From assembly GCA_030390025.1 (NCBI GenBank), contig CM059438.1, positions 35,650,001 through 35,714,000 of the forward strand: a DNA stretch of 64,000 bases, given 5' to 3'. The DNA is from Squalus acanthias. Lineage: Eukaryota. Below are positions 10,577-23,826 of the stretch, piece by piece. The number at the start of each line of letters is the position of its first letter. Within the stretch, counting starts at the first letter, position 1. Both the position numbers and the translations under genes were made by a program. Under the pieces are notes generated by a model. That model saw only the letters and a program-made list of their open reading frames with translations. It made no database searches and was not told the origin of the DNA.

Positions 10577-11479
10577 ACGGGATTTCTCAGTATGGACTGT
10601 AGACTCTTGAGCGTGGCGATGGAGGGTTTCCACATGTGTCCAACGTCCGGCTGACAAAAAAAACACCAATACCATCTCCCCAGCCGAGTTCACCTGACCT
10701 GTTACATGTCATGGAATCTTCCTGATCTGCATGAACTCCTTGAGCCATTGGAGCAACCATCAGCTCTTGCTCAGTTGAAATAATCTGTTTCTGAGCTGGT
10801 GCGCTGCCTAATGTCTGCATAATGAATTATCTGAAAGTACAATGTGCTTTCAAAATGTCCAGCATCTTCATGTGGTTACAGGTACAGTATCTGAAATCCA
10901 TTAGCCCGATACACAGAACTCACCCGCAGCATTATTCATTGTCATTTTCTTTAAAAACCCATAATTAATTCCCTCTCCCCTGCAATGATGGTCCAGTTGT
11001 AGTTGCACTAAGCCATGCAGAAGGTCCCAGGTTCATTTCCCATCTGATCTGAATCAGTTGTTTTCAACCAGGGTAATAGTAAGAGTGCAACAATTGGCCT
11101 AGGCGCCCCAAGGATGGGGAGTGAGAAAATGGGAGCCCGTGCTCCAATTCCTGGTTCCTATGGAGTCATTCTGCTGGAAAGTATGCATGTATGGAAGTTG
11201 AGTGAGAACAAGATCGAGCTGGCTTGTGATGGTCAAATAGCTTGACAATAATGATTGTCTAGGCTTACATATGAAGAATAGTCACTTTGGTGAGGTACCA
11301 GAAGGTACCTGCTGCTGTTGGACTGTACCCCAGCAGGAGACACTGTCTTCAGGAGCGGAGAGGGAGAAAGGGGAAGAACATTGGTGAAGAAATAATCATT
11401 ATCAAAAATAAATATGATTTCCCTTGACGTAGTGCTGGCCCAAAAGTTTAATCTCCATCCCCACAACTGATCAGTTATC

Positions 11480-12075
11480 AAGACTGCTTTCTTTCACCTC
11501 TAAAACATGATCGGTCTCCACCCTCACTGCTGCTGAAACTGTAATCCATCGCCTCAAGCTTGGCCTCTCCTCTAATACTCTTCTTGAAGGCCTCCCCTCT
11601 TCCACCTTCTACAACTCATTCAGAGCGCCAGAGGCAGCGTCCTCACCTTCACAGTCCTGCACTGCCATAATCCCCTTTCCTTGGCAAACTCCCATGCCCC
11701 AACAAATTGACTTCAAGATTCTTCCACGCCTCCCTCTCACCACCGCTCAGTGATCTCCTCTAACCATTGGTCATCACACACGCCCTCCGCTTCTCTGACT
11801 CTGGCTCACTCCTTTTTGCTTACTTCCTGCACCCTACCATAAGTAGGTACTTTTTCAGCCACTGTGTGTCTGCAGTTTGGAACTCACTCCTCGAATCCCT
11901 CAGCCTTTCCACCTCCTTCCCTCCTTTTAAAAGTCTATAAACCCTTCTCTTGGACGGTACTGTCGCCCTCTCTTTTCCCAAATCTTTCCCAAATCTTTCT
12001 CCCTTCTGATTGTTTTCCTTTGTTCTGTAAAACGCTTTGAATATTTCTCTCCCAACAGGAACACTACTGAAATGT
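11480..12075 (+). mobile_element. Highly degraded L2 LINE 3' fragment
   Basis: Pyrimidine-rich, with L2-like remnants (gctgctgaaact..atccat, ctcattcag, ttgacttcaagatt, tttggaactcactcc, tgtaaaacgctttga) resembling 33060-33450. Confidence 0.45.
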
Positions 12076-12300
12076 AAATGTGTTCATCAATACTGTGTTT
12101 TCCGCAATAACTGCTGGCTATTAACTTAAATGGAACCCTAGCAGGAGTTTTAATGAAACGTGTTATTTGTAAATAAAGGAAGAAGTCACTGTATGTTGGC
12201 GTTTAGTTCGGTGTACCTTTCATTCAAGTTTTTAAATTGTATTTACTGCAATTTCAAATGACATAACTCAAGCAACTAACGTGCGTTGTCTGATTCCCAG

Positions 12301-12669
12301 GGATACCAGATTCCCAAAGGCTGGAGTATTATATACAGCATTCGCGATACACAAGAGACGGCTGCCGTCTATCTCAACCCGGACACTTTCGACCCCGATC
12401 GGTTTGGACCCGAGCGGGACGAGAGCAAAGCGGGGAGATTCAATTACTTGCCCTTTGGAGGGGGCGTTCGGAGCTGCATAGGGAAAGAGCTGGCGCAAGT
12501 GATCCTCAAAACCCTGGCGATGGAACTAAGCAGCACAGCGCGCTGGGAGCTGGCCAGCGCCGTCTACCCCAAGATGCAAACTGTCCCGGTTGTGCACCCT
12601 GTCGATGGGCTGAAGGTTCGGTTTCGTCGCGTGGATGGAAAAGGGAATAACGTGCCCATAAAAGAATAA
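12301..12669 (+). CDS. cyp26c1: Cytochrome P450 26C1, last coding exon
   Basis: Acceptor ttcccag|GGA. GYQIPKGWSIIYSIRDTQETA, FDPDRF (PERF-like), heme motif FGGGVRSCIG and MQTVPVVHPVDGL. Stop TAA at 12667-12669. Confidence 0.95.
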   Translation, partial: GYQIPKGWSIIYSIRDTQETAAVYLNPDTFDPDRFGPERDESKAGRFNYLPFGGGVRSCIGKELAQVILKTLAMELSSTARWELASAVYPKMQTVPVVHPVDGLKVRFRRVDGKGNNVPIKE

Positions 12670-13394
12670 GAATAATAGGACAAAGCGAAATGCATCGCAG
12701 TGTGCGGCGGGAGTTGGCTGATGCCCACTTACCGTGACTTCATACAGCAGGGTCAATTCTACGCCAGACGATTTTTCACGAAAGGTAAACGCCAATCGCT
12801 ACTTAGTGTTGAGTGGCACCAAACTTCGTTAAAATGCCCACTGCTAACCCCTTTTGATTATAGCAGCGAATAGTCTTTTTCTGATAGCCCTTCCTATCCA
12901 AGTATTATCGAACCTTTACATGGGTTCTTCCATAATTCAAGAATAACGAAATATATTTGAATACTGCGAGCTCCAGATAAATCATTGCAAAACACTGTCC
13001 TTAATCTATGCACTTAAACATCAGAATGTACTAATTTTCTGAAGGTACAGTTACGAACTAAAGACCAGATTCACAGTTTTCCAACACAATTATCGAGCAA
13101 CTGGCTGATAGCTTGAGAATGAATTCCTCCCCACTTTTGAAATGTGGTATTTCTGCTGGGTTTCACCGCAGGAATGGGTGGTTATCATATCGAGGACTTT
13201 ACCAGATTGCCTTTTTTTGTTCAGTTTTTCAGAATGTGTGTCGCTTAATTCTTCAACCAGCAGAAAAAGGGTTAATGGATACTGTAATCAAAATGAAGTG
13301 TGAGGCCTTTTGGGCGGTGGGTGTCACTCGGGTCGGGTTACAACAGTGAACCGGAATTCTGTGAAGCAAAAGTTGGGATAAGCGGGAGAAAGAG

Positions 13395-14435
13395 AATGGA
13401 CAGTGTGAGGATTGTATAAAAAGGGAGGACAGTAAGGTGGAGAGATGGGCTGTGAGGATTGTGAATGGGGAGTGAGGTGGAGAGATGGATTGTGTGAGGA
13501 TTGTGAATGGGGAGTGAGGTGGAGAGATGGATTGTGAATGGGGAGTGAGGTGGAGAGATGGATTGTGTGAGGATTGTGAATGGGGAGTGAGGTGGAGAGA
13601 TGGATTGTGAATGAGGAGTGAGGTGGAGAGATGGATTGTGTGAGGATTGTGAATGGGGAGTGAGGTGGAGCGATGGATTGTGTGAGGATTGTGAATGGGG
13701 AGAGAGGTGGAGAGATGGATTGTGTGAGGATTGTGAATGGGGAGTGAGGTGGAGAGATGGATTGTGAATGGGGAGTGAGGTGGAGAGATGGATTGTGTGA
13801 GGATTGTGAATGGGGAGTGAGGTGGAGAGATAGACTGTGTGAGGATTGTGAATGGGGAGTGAGGTGGAGAGATGGACTGTGTGAGGATTGTGAATGGGGA
13901 TGAGGTGGAGAGATAGACTGTGTGAGGATTGTGAATGGGGAGTGAGGTGGAGAGATAGACTGTGTGAGGATTGAGGTGGAGAGATGGTTTGTGTGAGGAT
14001 TGTGAATGGAGAGTGAGATGGAGAGATGGACTGTGTGAGGATTGTGAATGGGGGGTGAGGTGGAGAGATGGACTGTGTGAGGATTGTGAATGGGGAGAGA
14101 GGTGGAGAGATGGACTGTGAGGATTGTGAATGGGGGGTGAGGTGGAGAGATGGATTGTGTGAGGATTTTGGAAGGGGAGTGAGGTGGAGAGATAGACTGT
14201 GTGAGGATTGAGGTGGAGAGATGGACTGTGTGAGGATTGAGGTGGAGAGATGGATTGTGGAAGGGGAGTGAGGTGGAGAGATAGATTGTGTGAGGATTGT
14301 CGGAAGGGAGTGAGGTGGAGAGATAGACTGTGTGAGGATTGAAGTGGAGAGATGGATTGTGTGAGGATTTTGGAAGGGGAGTGAGGTGGAAAGGTGGACT
14401 CTGTGTGGACTGTGTGAGTATTGAGGTGGAGAGGA
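13395..14435 (+). repeat. G/purine-rich minisatellite, about 1 kb, unit about 26-38 bp (tgtgaggattgtgaatggggagtgaggtggagagatggat)
   Basis: Directly visible tandem array with short and long unit variants. Confidence 0.95.
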
Positions 14436-14944
14436 TGCGAGGCAGGCGGACGTGATTTACATTTAAAACCAGCCGCAGTGTTGAATGGAATTTAGGCTTC
14501 AAGCATATGTGATAATCTTTGTCCTTTTAGAACAATGAAAGGACTGTTATATAGCACATGGGCCAGTATTTATGTACAGCACCCCACAAATTTAAACTAA
14601 TAGACATGCCAAAAATTTATCAACTATTGTCACCGAGCATCACTCGGGGATCTAATTTACCCTTTTAGGATTTTTTAAATTCTTACTGACAGTTATCCCG
14701 TGCTACTTCACTGCCACATATTCTCCATCTAACCTTTAGCAGAAGTATCCTGTCTGCAGTTCCCAAATATCATTCTCTGGTAGGACAGTTAGAGATGCAT
14801 ACCCACCTGTATTATGTATGATAAATCGTCACGTGTTATTAAAGTCTTTTTTGCCATTTGTGGTAGATTCCCCCATTCACATATTGTGACAATGTGGTTG
14901 TGATGTTGCAAATGCTGTCGGTGTGTGTTGTGTTAAAATTCATG

Positions 14945-14950
14945 AATAAA
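14945..14950 (+). terminator. Candidate cyp26c1 polyadenylation signal AATAAA
   Basis: First canonical AATAAA found by eye after the stop codon. An ATTAAA variant lies at about 14838. Confidence 0.5.
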
Positions 14951-15674
14951 TGTGAAAGAATAGGAACACGTTTTTAAAGCACTGCTTGAGCCCCGCTTGG
15001 GATCAGGTGTTGCAGTTTTAAAGTTGTATGTGGAATCTTTTGTTCGGAAACAGAGCTGTTGGTTTTTATTTACAAAATGGAGACTGATTTTATTTCAAAC
15101 CTAATGGAATGGTACTGTGTGAGCTCTGATATGGAGACATTAAAACCTATCGTTAAGGTGAATGAAACTGATTGTCCCTTTGTGGTGTTTTTTTATCTGA
15201 AATTCTACGAATAGAATATACCCACATCCTTCACCTCTATCATTCGCTCGCTGGTGAACCGTAAAAGCTTTTCTCGTGTGAATGCAACTCCAGGAGGAAA
15301 TACAGACTGTTTATTTTTCCTATTTCCCACTTCCTGTAAATAGCAGCCCTCTGTCACCTCAGTCAAGTGATGGTTCTTCATCCGGGAGCCGAGCCACCCA
15401 GTGCCAGTGTCATGAGATATCACCGCGCATACACAGCCGGGGAATGGGTCCCAACACAAATTCACCCCTGCACTGAAATCAACTCTCTCCATTCAGTACA
15501 ATAAAATAATCCTTAATCAGGAACTGAATCTTAACTCTGAACCTAATCCAACATTGAACCATAAATCTAACTCAAATCTTAGAGTTTTTACTTAATTCCA
15601 CTGAGAGGGCAGTTTGGAGGGGGCAGGGTGGAGTTATTACATGAGACCATCAGTCCATTGGACTTATTATTCGT

Positions 15675-16095
15675 GTGTCAGCTGTGGCTCAGTGTTGCAC
15701 TGTGGCCCCTGAGTCAGAAGGTTGTGGGTTCAAGTTCCATACAAGAGGCTTGAGCATAAAAATCTAGGCAGACACTCCAGTGCAGTACTGAGGGAGTGCT
15801 GCATTGTCAGAGGTGCCGTCTTTTGGATGAGACATTAAACTGAGGCCCGTCTGCTCTCTCAAGTGGACAAAGGTCCTGTGGCACTATTTTGAAAAAGAGC
15901 AGGGGAGTTGTCCCCTATCCTGGCCAACTATTATGTCTCAACATCAGTAAAAAAAAAATTATCTGGTCATTATCACATTGCTGTTTGCGGGAGCTTGCTG
16001 AGTGCAAATTGGCTGCTGATTTCAATGTCATTGGCTGTAAAGCGCTTTGGGACATCCTGAGGTGGTGAAAGGCACTATATAAATGCAACTCTTTT
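15675..16095 (+). mobile_element. Near full-length DeuSINE (SacSINE1-like)
   Basis: Colinear with 132-606, including A/B boxes and the tail gcactatataaatgcaac. Confidence 0.85.
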
Positions 16096-16099
16096 ATAA

Positions 16100-16665
16100 A
16101 AATGCTGAACCTTTATAAAGCGCTGGTTAGGCCACAACTGGCGTATTGCGTCCAGTCCTGGTCACCACACTTTAGGAAGGATGTGAAGGCCCTTGAGAGG
16201 ATGCAGAGGAGATTTACCAGAATGGTTCTGGGGATGGGGGATATTAGCTACAAGAACAGGTTGGAGAAGCTGAATTTGCTTTCATTAGAGCAAAGGTAAT
16301 TTGATAGAGGTGTACAAGATTATGACAGGTTTGGATAGGCTAGGTGGGGAAAGGCTGTTCCCACTAGTTGATGGTACAAGGACTAGGGGACACAGATTTA
16401 AGGTTTTGGGCAAGAGATACAGGGGGGATGTGAGAAAAAACTTTTTTACGCAATGAGTGGTGATGACCTGGAACTCGCTGCCGACGGAAGTGGTGGAAGC
16501 GGAGACACTCAATGGTTTCAAGGGGAGACTGGATAGGCACTTGAGGGAAATAAACTTGCAGGGCCACGGGGATAGAGCGTGGGAATGGGACTGACTGGGT
16601 TGCTCTACAGAGAGTCGGCATGGACTCGATGGGCCGAATAGCCTCTTTCTGTGCCTCTATGACTC
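16100..16665 (+). mobile_element. CR1 LINE 3' end (ORF2 C-terminus + 3'UTR)
   Basis: LYKALVRPQLAYCVQSWSPHFRKDVKALERMQRRFTRM is typical of the CR1 ORF2 C-terminus. Tail gatgggccgaatagcctctttctgtgc..tatgactct. Confidence 0.9.
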
Positions 16666-18726
16666 TTTCTTTCTGGAAGGTATCTCAGCCAAGCCTTGTA
16701 CCCACTCTATTTACACACTTTCCAGCAGGGGATACTGGATAATGATCAATATCAGAAACACTGACTGATTTTTCTCCTCCCTAGCCCGGGGACCTGGGGC
16801 CAATTGCAGCCTTGCTGAGAACAGCTCACCGCGCAAATCCCGATCATGGGACTCTCTTGCCTACATGGCTCTGTATCAGACCCGGCCACACACAGCCATG
16901 GGGAAACAAGGACTCGTGTGGTTACTCTTCATGTGTCAGCCCAGCGATTGTCGGTGGGCCATGGTGACTTCACTGTCCGCAGTGGATATCCACAAAGGGA
17001 CATGTGTGCTGAGTTCACTCGGAGCAAGAGCCATTCCCTGAGCCTCGCATCCCTGAGGCCAGTTATAGCAGGGCCACTCCCACTGGCCTTAGGTCGGCTA
17101 ATTGAACATGGACAAGGTGTCCGCCCTGGTCTGCGCGGTACCAAACCAATTGGCCCATTTTCCCACTGAGACAGCAGGGGCAATTGAGGAGCAGTAATTT
17201 TAATTAGGATGGAAATTAAGTCAGAGGCGGAATTAGGCCAGCTCTACACTCAGACTCTCATCTGTAGTGTTACTTGCAATTCAATAGGACGTTTACCCTA
17301 CATGCAATTGCCCAACAAGCGTGGGCATGTTATAAATGTGCAACGATCAACCCTACAGTGAGCGTATTGTACTTGCTTTGATTGTTATCTGATTTATTAT
17401 AAAATTCCACAATATTTCAGCGACGAGATCCAAAAGTAACACCCGCTTTCAATCCTATTTGCTGTGGTTTGTCTGGGACTTCAGTTTTGTTACTACAATA
17501 ATACATTTGTGTAATTTTTGTGACTGACCTTCTTGATGTTATCTGACATTCATTATTTAAATCATGCATTGGTGTAAGACGTGGCGGGGTTTTATAACCA
17601 TTTCGATGATTTGTAGTGCACCTGTTTTCTTCTGTTTTAGAAACCTGCAACATCAGTATCGTTGAATGAACACTGATTTTTCACATTTGCTGTCGCCTAG
17701 ATGACCTGTATCTGTTGGTACTGGAATTGTTTTTTCTTTAATACAACTTCGTAAATAATGAAATATTAATGTCGCTTGAAGCAATTACACGAGTGAAATA
17801 ACCGTTGGAATGTACAACTTAGGTTTTGCTGAGATTTGTCAGACGTTTCCTCGAATCTTTGTTTTGAACCTGTAGTAAAGTATCCAGTATTCGAATCATG
17901 AACCTCCTGTGAAATGTCGCAGTTTATTCCCTATAACTGATCTTTAACATTCCAGGCGTGATCCTGGACGGGGATTGTTGGACTATTGGATGGTGGGGAA
18001 TTCGCCTTTTGGAGTCACTAGTGGAACTATGACAAATATGTTTAACACACTTTCTTCGGAATACCGATCATACAACATTCTATCTTTTTCCAGGCGTATT
18101 TTACCTTTGAAAATAAAATGTCCATTAAATATCCTGCCGATAACATTTTATAGTTAGCTAAACAATCGGAAAAATTCACATTTGCAATTTTAGGATGATA
18201 CAGACTGTTCAAAACTGCAAAAATATTGATTACCTTTCGAGGAGGCAAACCGAAATGAATACTTGGCCTGAATTGGTTTCCGTACGGTCAGCCAGCAATC
18301 ACTTAAAACACCGCACATCATAAACCAGCATCCAAGACACATTCATCTAGCTTTTGGATTTACTTCAAACTTGTAGATAAGCAGACAGCAAACGTTACCT
18401 TTTAATATATAATTACACCATTTGCAATCATCAAACGACTGTAATTTAGTTTAAATTGAGCACAATGTCAGCCAAGAGAATAATAAGTTTGACCCCGTTC
18501 TTATACTTTGCACTCAAAAGTAAAATAAATTAAGATTGCGTTTCTGTTTAATAGCCACGGATAATCACTCTACCTGAATTTCTTAACTGACAATTTGTTC
18601 TTCGAGGTAAATTAGACAATCTTTTCCGTCTAGTGCCAGCATTGCGTTTTCTTTAATACAATACTTACAAGTTTATCGCCGATCCCTCTATTCACAGTAC
18701 AGTGTTAAAATTGTGTTCGGAATTAA

Positions 18727-19093
18727 AGAAAGAATTTGCATTTATATTTCACGACCTCCGGACGTCCCAAAGCGCTTTACAGCCAATGAATTCGAAGTGT
18801 AGTCACTGTTATAATGTAGGGAAAAGCAGCAGCCAATTTGCGCCCAGCAAACTCCCAAATGCAATGAAATACACGACCAGATTTTTTTTTCTTTTAATGA
18901 TGTTGGCTGAGGGATAAATATTGACCAGGACACCTGATAGAATTTCCCTGCTCTTCTTCAAATAGGGCCAAGAGATCTTTTCCATCTACAATGCGACACT
19001 CCCTCAGTATGGCACTGAAATGTCAGCCGAGGTTTAATGTCTGGAGTGGGGCTGGAACCTCCAACCTTCTGACTCAGAGGCGAGAATGTCACT
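18727..19093 (-). mobile_element. DeuSINE (SacSINE1-like) with internal deletions
   Basis: Reverse complement of the tail (ggacgtcccaaagcgctttacagccaatg) and head (ctggagtggggctggaacc..aaccttctgactcaga). Confidence 0.75.
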
Positions 19094-19629
19094 CGAAAAA
19101 TAAAAGCCTTTTGATTGAAGCTTTCCATTCCATCCGTGATATAGTACAGTGACAACAGATCAGTGGGAGCATAAATATAAAACCCTGAACATGTCATTTC
19201 AAGTTCTAAAGCTGACACCTGTCACTGAACAGGAGCTCAAGAATTTGCCAATAGCATACTGTAAAGAAAAGAGCATTCCGTAAAATGTGAAGTATGATAG
19301 AGCATTATAAGGACTCAATGGACATCGGGCGGGCGGTTGATGCATTTCTTAAATCAGGGGACAAAACAAACATCTCAATCACTGATATATCAACCTGATG
19401 ACTTCTCGTGTGGAGGACTGTCACAAAGTTAAAGGAGGGGTTGCAATACTTACTACTACTTTAACAAATATTTGTGAAAAGAAATACCATTTTACCGACC
19501 AGAAAACTTGGTCAGTACTGAAGAGATATTTTCTCCGGTGCGTTCTGATTTGTACTGTCTCAGGTCTCGGCTAGTTTGGTATTGTAGACCTTGTTTGTCG
19601 GACTAGTGTACATTGCCTGTATTATTGGC

Positions 19630-19669
19630 TGACCCTTCAATGAACTAGAAGCACGTGTCCTTGTGACCT
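19630..19669 (-). promoter_or_regulatory. RARE cluster: consensus DR5 plus DR2-like site
   Basis: TGACCC-ttcaa-TGAACT (19630-19646), which reads AGTTCA n5 GGGTCA on -. TGTCCT-tg-TGACCT (19656-19669). E-box CACGTG at 19652-19657. Confidence 0.7.
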
Positions 19670-20035
19670 TGCCATTAAGGTGAATCCTCACGGTCAGCAA
19701 GAAAGTATATTGGCACTTGGTAGAGGGTTGCAAGTAATGCCGGCTCCTAAAATCTTCAGCTGTGTGAATGGTTTACATCGGCCCCAACAGCGGTGGGCAG
19801 AAGAATGAAAGTAAAAACAAATAAGCTGAATACGAGTATTTTGGGGGAAAAACCCCATAAAAATAAAATATGACCCAGTCATATTTGTGTAGACACATAC
19901 ATGTGCATATCTGCGCTGAGGTCGGTCATCAGTTCCCTACATATTTGCATTCGGTAGAGAAGTACCATGGTTGAGTTTATTTTGCCATGTGCGGAATGTT
20001 GAGGTATGATTTTCACTGTTGCCGCCCAAATATTT

Positions 20036-20049
20036 TGACCTTATGCCCT
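20036..20049 (-). promoter_or_regulatory. DR2-like RARE
   Basis: TGACCT-ta-TGCCCT, which reads AGGGCA n2 AGGTCA on -. Confidence 0.45.
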
Positions 20050-20505
20050 TTTTAACAGCGCGATATGGAAGCTAAGTTCACACATGGTATAAAACCCCGG
20101 GAGAAAACTCTACCATCAGGTAAACTGACCCGCTGCCGATATTCCTAGCACTGCATCCACACATTTTTCTTTGTAGATTTTATACGTTGGAGTCTACACA
20201 GTAGTTACAGAAATGTAGGAAACCGCTAAATCACTTCTCTTTATAATAAACTGTTTGAATATAAAACGCAATTGCTAAATAAGGCGCATGGAACCTCAGC
20301 TTTGTTCATCTGCAGAAAATGGGCAAGTTTACAATGCAGCCGCGGGTCTGGGCTGTTTATCGCAGTAAGGTTGAGTAACGCCGCTCTGGTTTGATCTTCT
20401 GATAAGCGATGACTTCAGATCAGTGCGGGCATCAGATAATAAGGAATTTGGGCGCTGGCTTGCGTCCAACACCCCCTCCCACTGATCTGTTAATTTGACG
20501 GACAG

Positions 20506-20576
20506 TGAACTTGACGAAGTTTCTTCCAAAGTTCACGCAAATGTCACGGTCCGTCTTTTAGGTCAGATCGCGGTCA
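20506..20576 (+). promoter_or_regulatory. Distal cyp26a1 RARE cluster, probable orthologue of the mammalian R2/R3/half-site enhancer
   Basis: TGAACT half-site (20506-20511), AGTTCA-cgcaa-ATGTCA (20530-20546) and AGGTCA-gatcg-CGGTCA (20560-20576). The order matches the mammalian distal enhancer as I recall it. Confidence 0.7.
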
Positions 20577-21764
20577 ACTCTGGCTGAGAACGGGAACAAG
20601 CCTGGGGGCCAAAAAGAGTCATGTGTCCCCCTGCCACGGGGAGCAGATAGGAACGGCCATTCACTGACAATCCACAGGAACCCCGGCATCAAACTACACA
20701 TCACACATTACTGTTAACTTTTATAGACTGAAAAGTCACCCACCTCACCTCTAGGCTAACCCAGGTCAGAGAGGAGCAAACACAATACATCACCGAGCTG
20801 AATTCAATAGGTTCACCTGCAACTAATGGGCTCGGAAAATACACATCATCTGTCATTAATACAATCACATGAATCAAAATACCTTTTTTTATTATACTGC
20901 AGATTACCGCGTGTTGTGCGAATCTCTATGAACGCCGCCCGGTACTTTTTAAATGCCAAACTCTAATTTCATTCCTTATCAGTCCACGAAGGAAGCGACT
21001 GCCTTCAGAGATCATCATTGTTATGAATTGTCGCTACAACCCATAATTACGCCATCTGCTGGGACCCAACAAACAAACGAGCATAACTGAATGAGCATAA
21101 CATCGATTAATAAATAACTGGCCCATTCCGCTCTGTAAAGAGAACAGCCTCACCGCCCGAATGCCGAACAATGAAACGTCTGTATACCTTTTTAAAGACA
21201 GATTTGACTAACTATGGTAGGCAGACGTTTATAAATTACAGTTTGAGGATCTGCAATTGAATCCTGGCGAACGCATTACCAATTATGCTTGAGTTAAAAT
21301 TGTTACAGTTAAATGTAAAAGTACACATTTATAATATGGCTATCTCATCGGCCACTGATAGTTAAATCTAAACGAAAGACGTTTCTAACATATCACCAAA
21401 ATACAGTTGCTATGTGGCACACGGAAATCATTGGCCTTTGGGAAAGTTTTGCTTGGATGAGAATCCTGCATTTTAAGTGTTAGCTTAAATAATGTGAAAT
21501 GAGTTACTACATTGGAATGCTACACTTGGATCAGGTATATGGCGCATAGTAAATAGATCATTTTGGAATAGACGTATTGCAGTGTTAGCACAAGAGGAAC
21601 ACTAACTGCACCATGACCCTGCTCTGTCTTGCTGCTCTGAACTACACAAATCCCGTGCCTTGTGCTGGCTTTCATCCATTCATTTAATCTACCTGCAATT
21701 CAGCCAGTTTTGGAATAGATTCTTTAATCCGAACCAGATTTTTACAGCGACAAACATATTTCAT

Positions 21765-22262
21765 AAGAACAAAAGAAATAGGAGCAGGAGTAGGCCATTT
21801 GGCCCTTCGAGCCTGCTCCGCCATTCAATAAGATCATGGCTGATCTTCTATCTCATCTCCACCTTCCACTGTATTTCAAGAGATACATCACGCTGATACT
21901 ATTTTACTGAATCATAAATAAGGATTAAATTGCCATATTTCTTGAATATGCGATCGAAATCCTAGTGATCTCCGCGACACATTGTGCAACAATCACACGA
22001 CTCGTGAAAGCACAATAGAATGATTTTCAACTCGCAACTGCACTTATAGAATCATACAGCACAGAAGGAGGTCATTCGGCCCATGTGCCTCCGCCGGCTC
22101 TCTGAAATTGGTCGCACTCTCCATGCTCTTTCCCCATGGCCCTGGAAATGTTTCCTTTATAAGTATTTATCCAATTCCCTTCTGAAAGTTTCTATTGAAT
22201 CTGCTTCCACCGCCCTTTCAGGCAGTGCATTCCAGATCAGAACAGCTCGCTGCGTAAAAAAA
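21765..22262 (-). mobile_element. Two short CR1-type 3' tail fragments (about 21765-21870 and 22047-22262)
   Basis: ataggagcaggagtaggccatttggcccttcgagcctgctccgccattc and atagaatcatacagcacagaaggaggtcattcggccc are reversed CR1 tails. Confidence 0.7.
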
Positions 22263-23809
22263 TCTCAAAAAACATTTGCAGAGCACTGTCTAAAGCTCGA
22301 ATTGTGTTTTTCTCGATACAACACCCGACCGCCTGCCTTTGGAACGGTGCAACTGGTGTGTTACAGTGAACAAGAGATGCGGCATTGTGTATCATCTTGT
22401 GTTAACCTCCAGTCATTCTCAAAGAGTTGGATTCTGTCGGAGGCCTTCCAGGGACATCTTTATTCTTCAGACAATCGGAACTAGGTGATAATGGGCGAAA
22501 CACAATCAGAGCTATTTTAGTGCGTATTGTGGAGGGCGCATCTATAAGACCATCCCTGGTGCTGAATATTCAAAGAGCACAACACCTCCTGCGATTCCTG
22601 GTTGAGTCTTGAGTACTCCTTTCACAGAGACTGTGCGTTAACATTTTAGCATTGGTGCTGGTGAAACGAGCACTTTAAATGTCAGGGAATGTGCAGCCGC
22701 CAATAAAAAGAGACTATATTCTGTCATGATTTTATACAATACTAATTATTATGTTTTCCTTCGACAATAAATTCAACAATTTCATTAACCTCTGGTTGTC
22801 TGTGTGATTGAAAACCGGTCAGACCGCCTCCCACACACTAGCCGAGTTCATCCCTCGCTGAGTGAGTGTCTGACTGAGCAACACCTCTGGTCAATCACCT
22901 TCTCTGCAATTATTAGATTTGCAGAATGGTGAAATATAACGACGTTTCATTTGATGTGAACAACGGATTGAATCATTGTTTAGAAAGGTATAAGTAGTGG
23001 GTGTAACTGAAGGATTAACTATAATGGGATGTTTAGTAAGACGCCGCATCTGCCGCGCAAACAGATTGAACGGGACTCGTCTTCTCACTGAAACGGAACT
23101 CAAACCGACAATTAGCAACTGAATAGCGCTGTAAGTATTGTTACCTCCCTCCCCATCAGCGGTGCAGGTAGCAATATTCATTACTTATTAGTCTGCACAC
23201 AATTATAATTTGCATTGTAAAGGCCGGAATGTGATGGCTGAATGTTCCCCCCTGTATAGAGTGATCTGCAGTACACAGTGATGGATACTTGAACTTCAGG
23301 AAGAGCAGCACCTGTTTGTGGATGTGGAGGGACTGGAGACAGCTGGCCGTGTCATTCTGGACACTTTTACATTGACCACTTCCAGCTAAAAGTCCAAACG
23401 GCTCTTCTTTCATTGTATCGCAACGCTGGCGGCAGTCCAAGCGGGGGCAATATTGTCTCTCTGTAATATCCCATCACGGTAAACGGGCTGTGCTTTCTGC
23501 TCAATTCTATTTCGGGACCCGTTTCCTGTAAAGCGATCCCTCCCTTTGCCACTCGGCAAATAGGATTCCGTGTGCTTAAATACTGCCAGAAAAATACTAA
23601 TAAAGGTTGAAATTAGGAGCTTTAGAAAACAGATATACAGCTTCAATAAAACACCGGGCATGGGCCTTATTTGAGCTATGTCCTGTTTAATTGCACAATT
23701 TGTAATCTTTTGGTTAAAATAAGCAAGCCATCTTTGTGAGAGGTTGGCAAAACCCGAGGCTGTTTCGGTGACCGGGACGCGTATGTGACCAGTCCCGGTA
23801 GAAAACACC

Positions 23810-23826
23810 GGGTCAGCAAGGGTTAA
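23810..23826 (+). promoter_or_regulatory. DR5-like RARE (one mismatch)
   Basis: GGGTCA-gcaag-GGTTAA. Confidence 0.4.

Noticed and set aside
13324-14502. 392-aa minus-strand ORF rich in S/P/H/T
   Set aside because: It is the translation of the minisatellite, which lacks stops in that frame. No domain or splice support.
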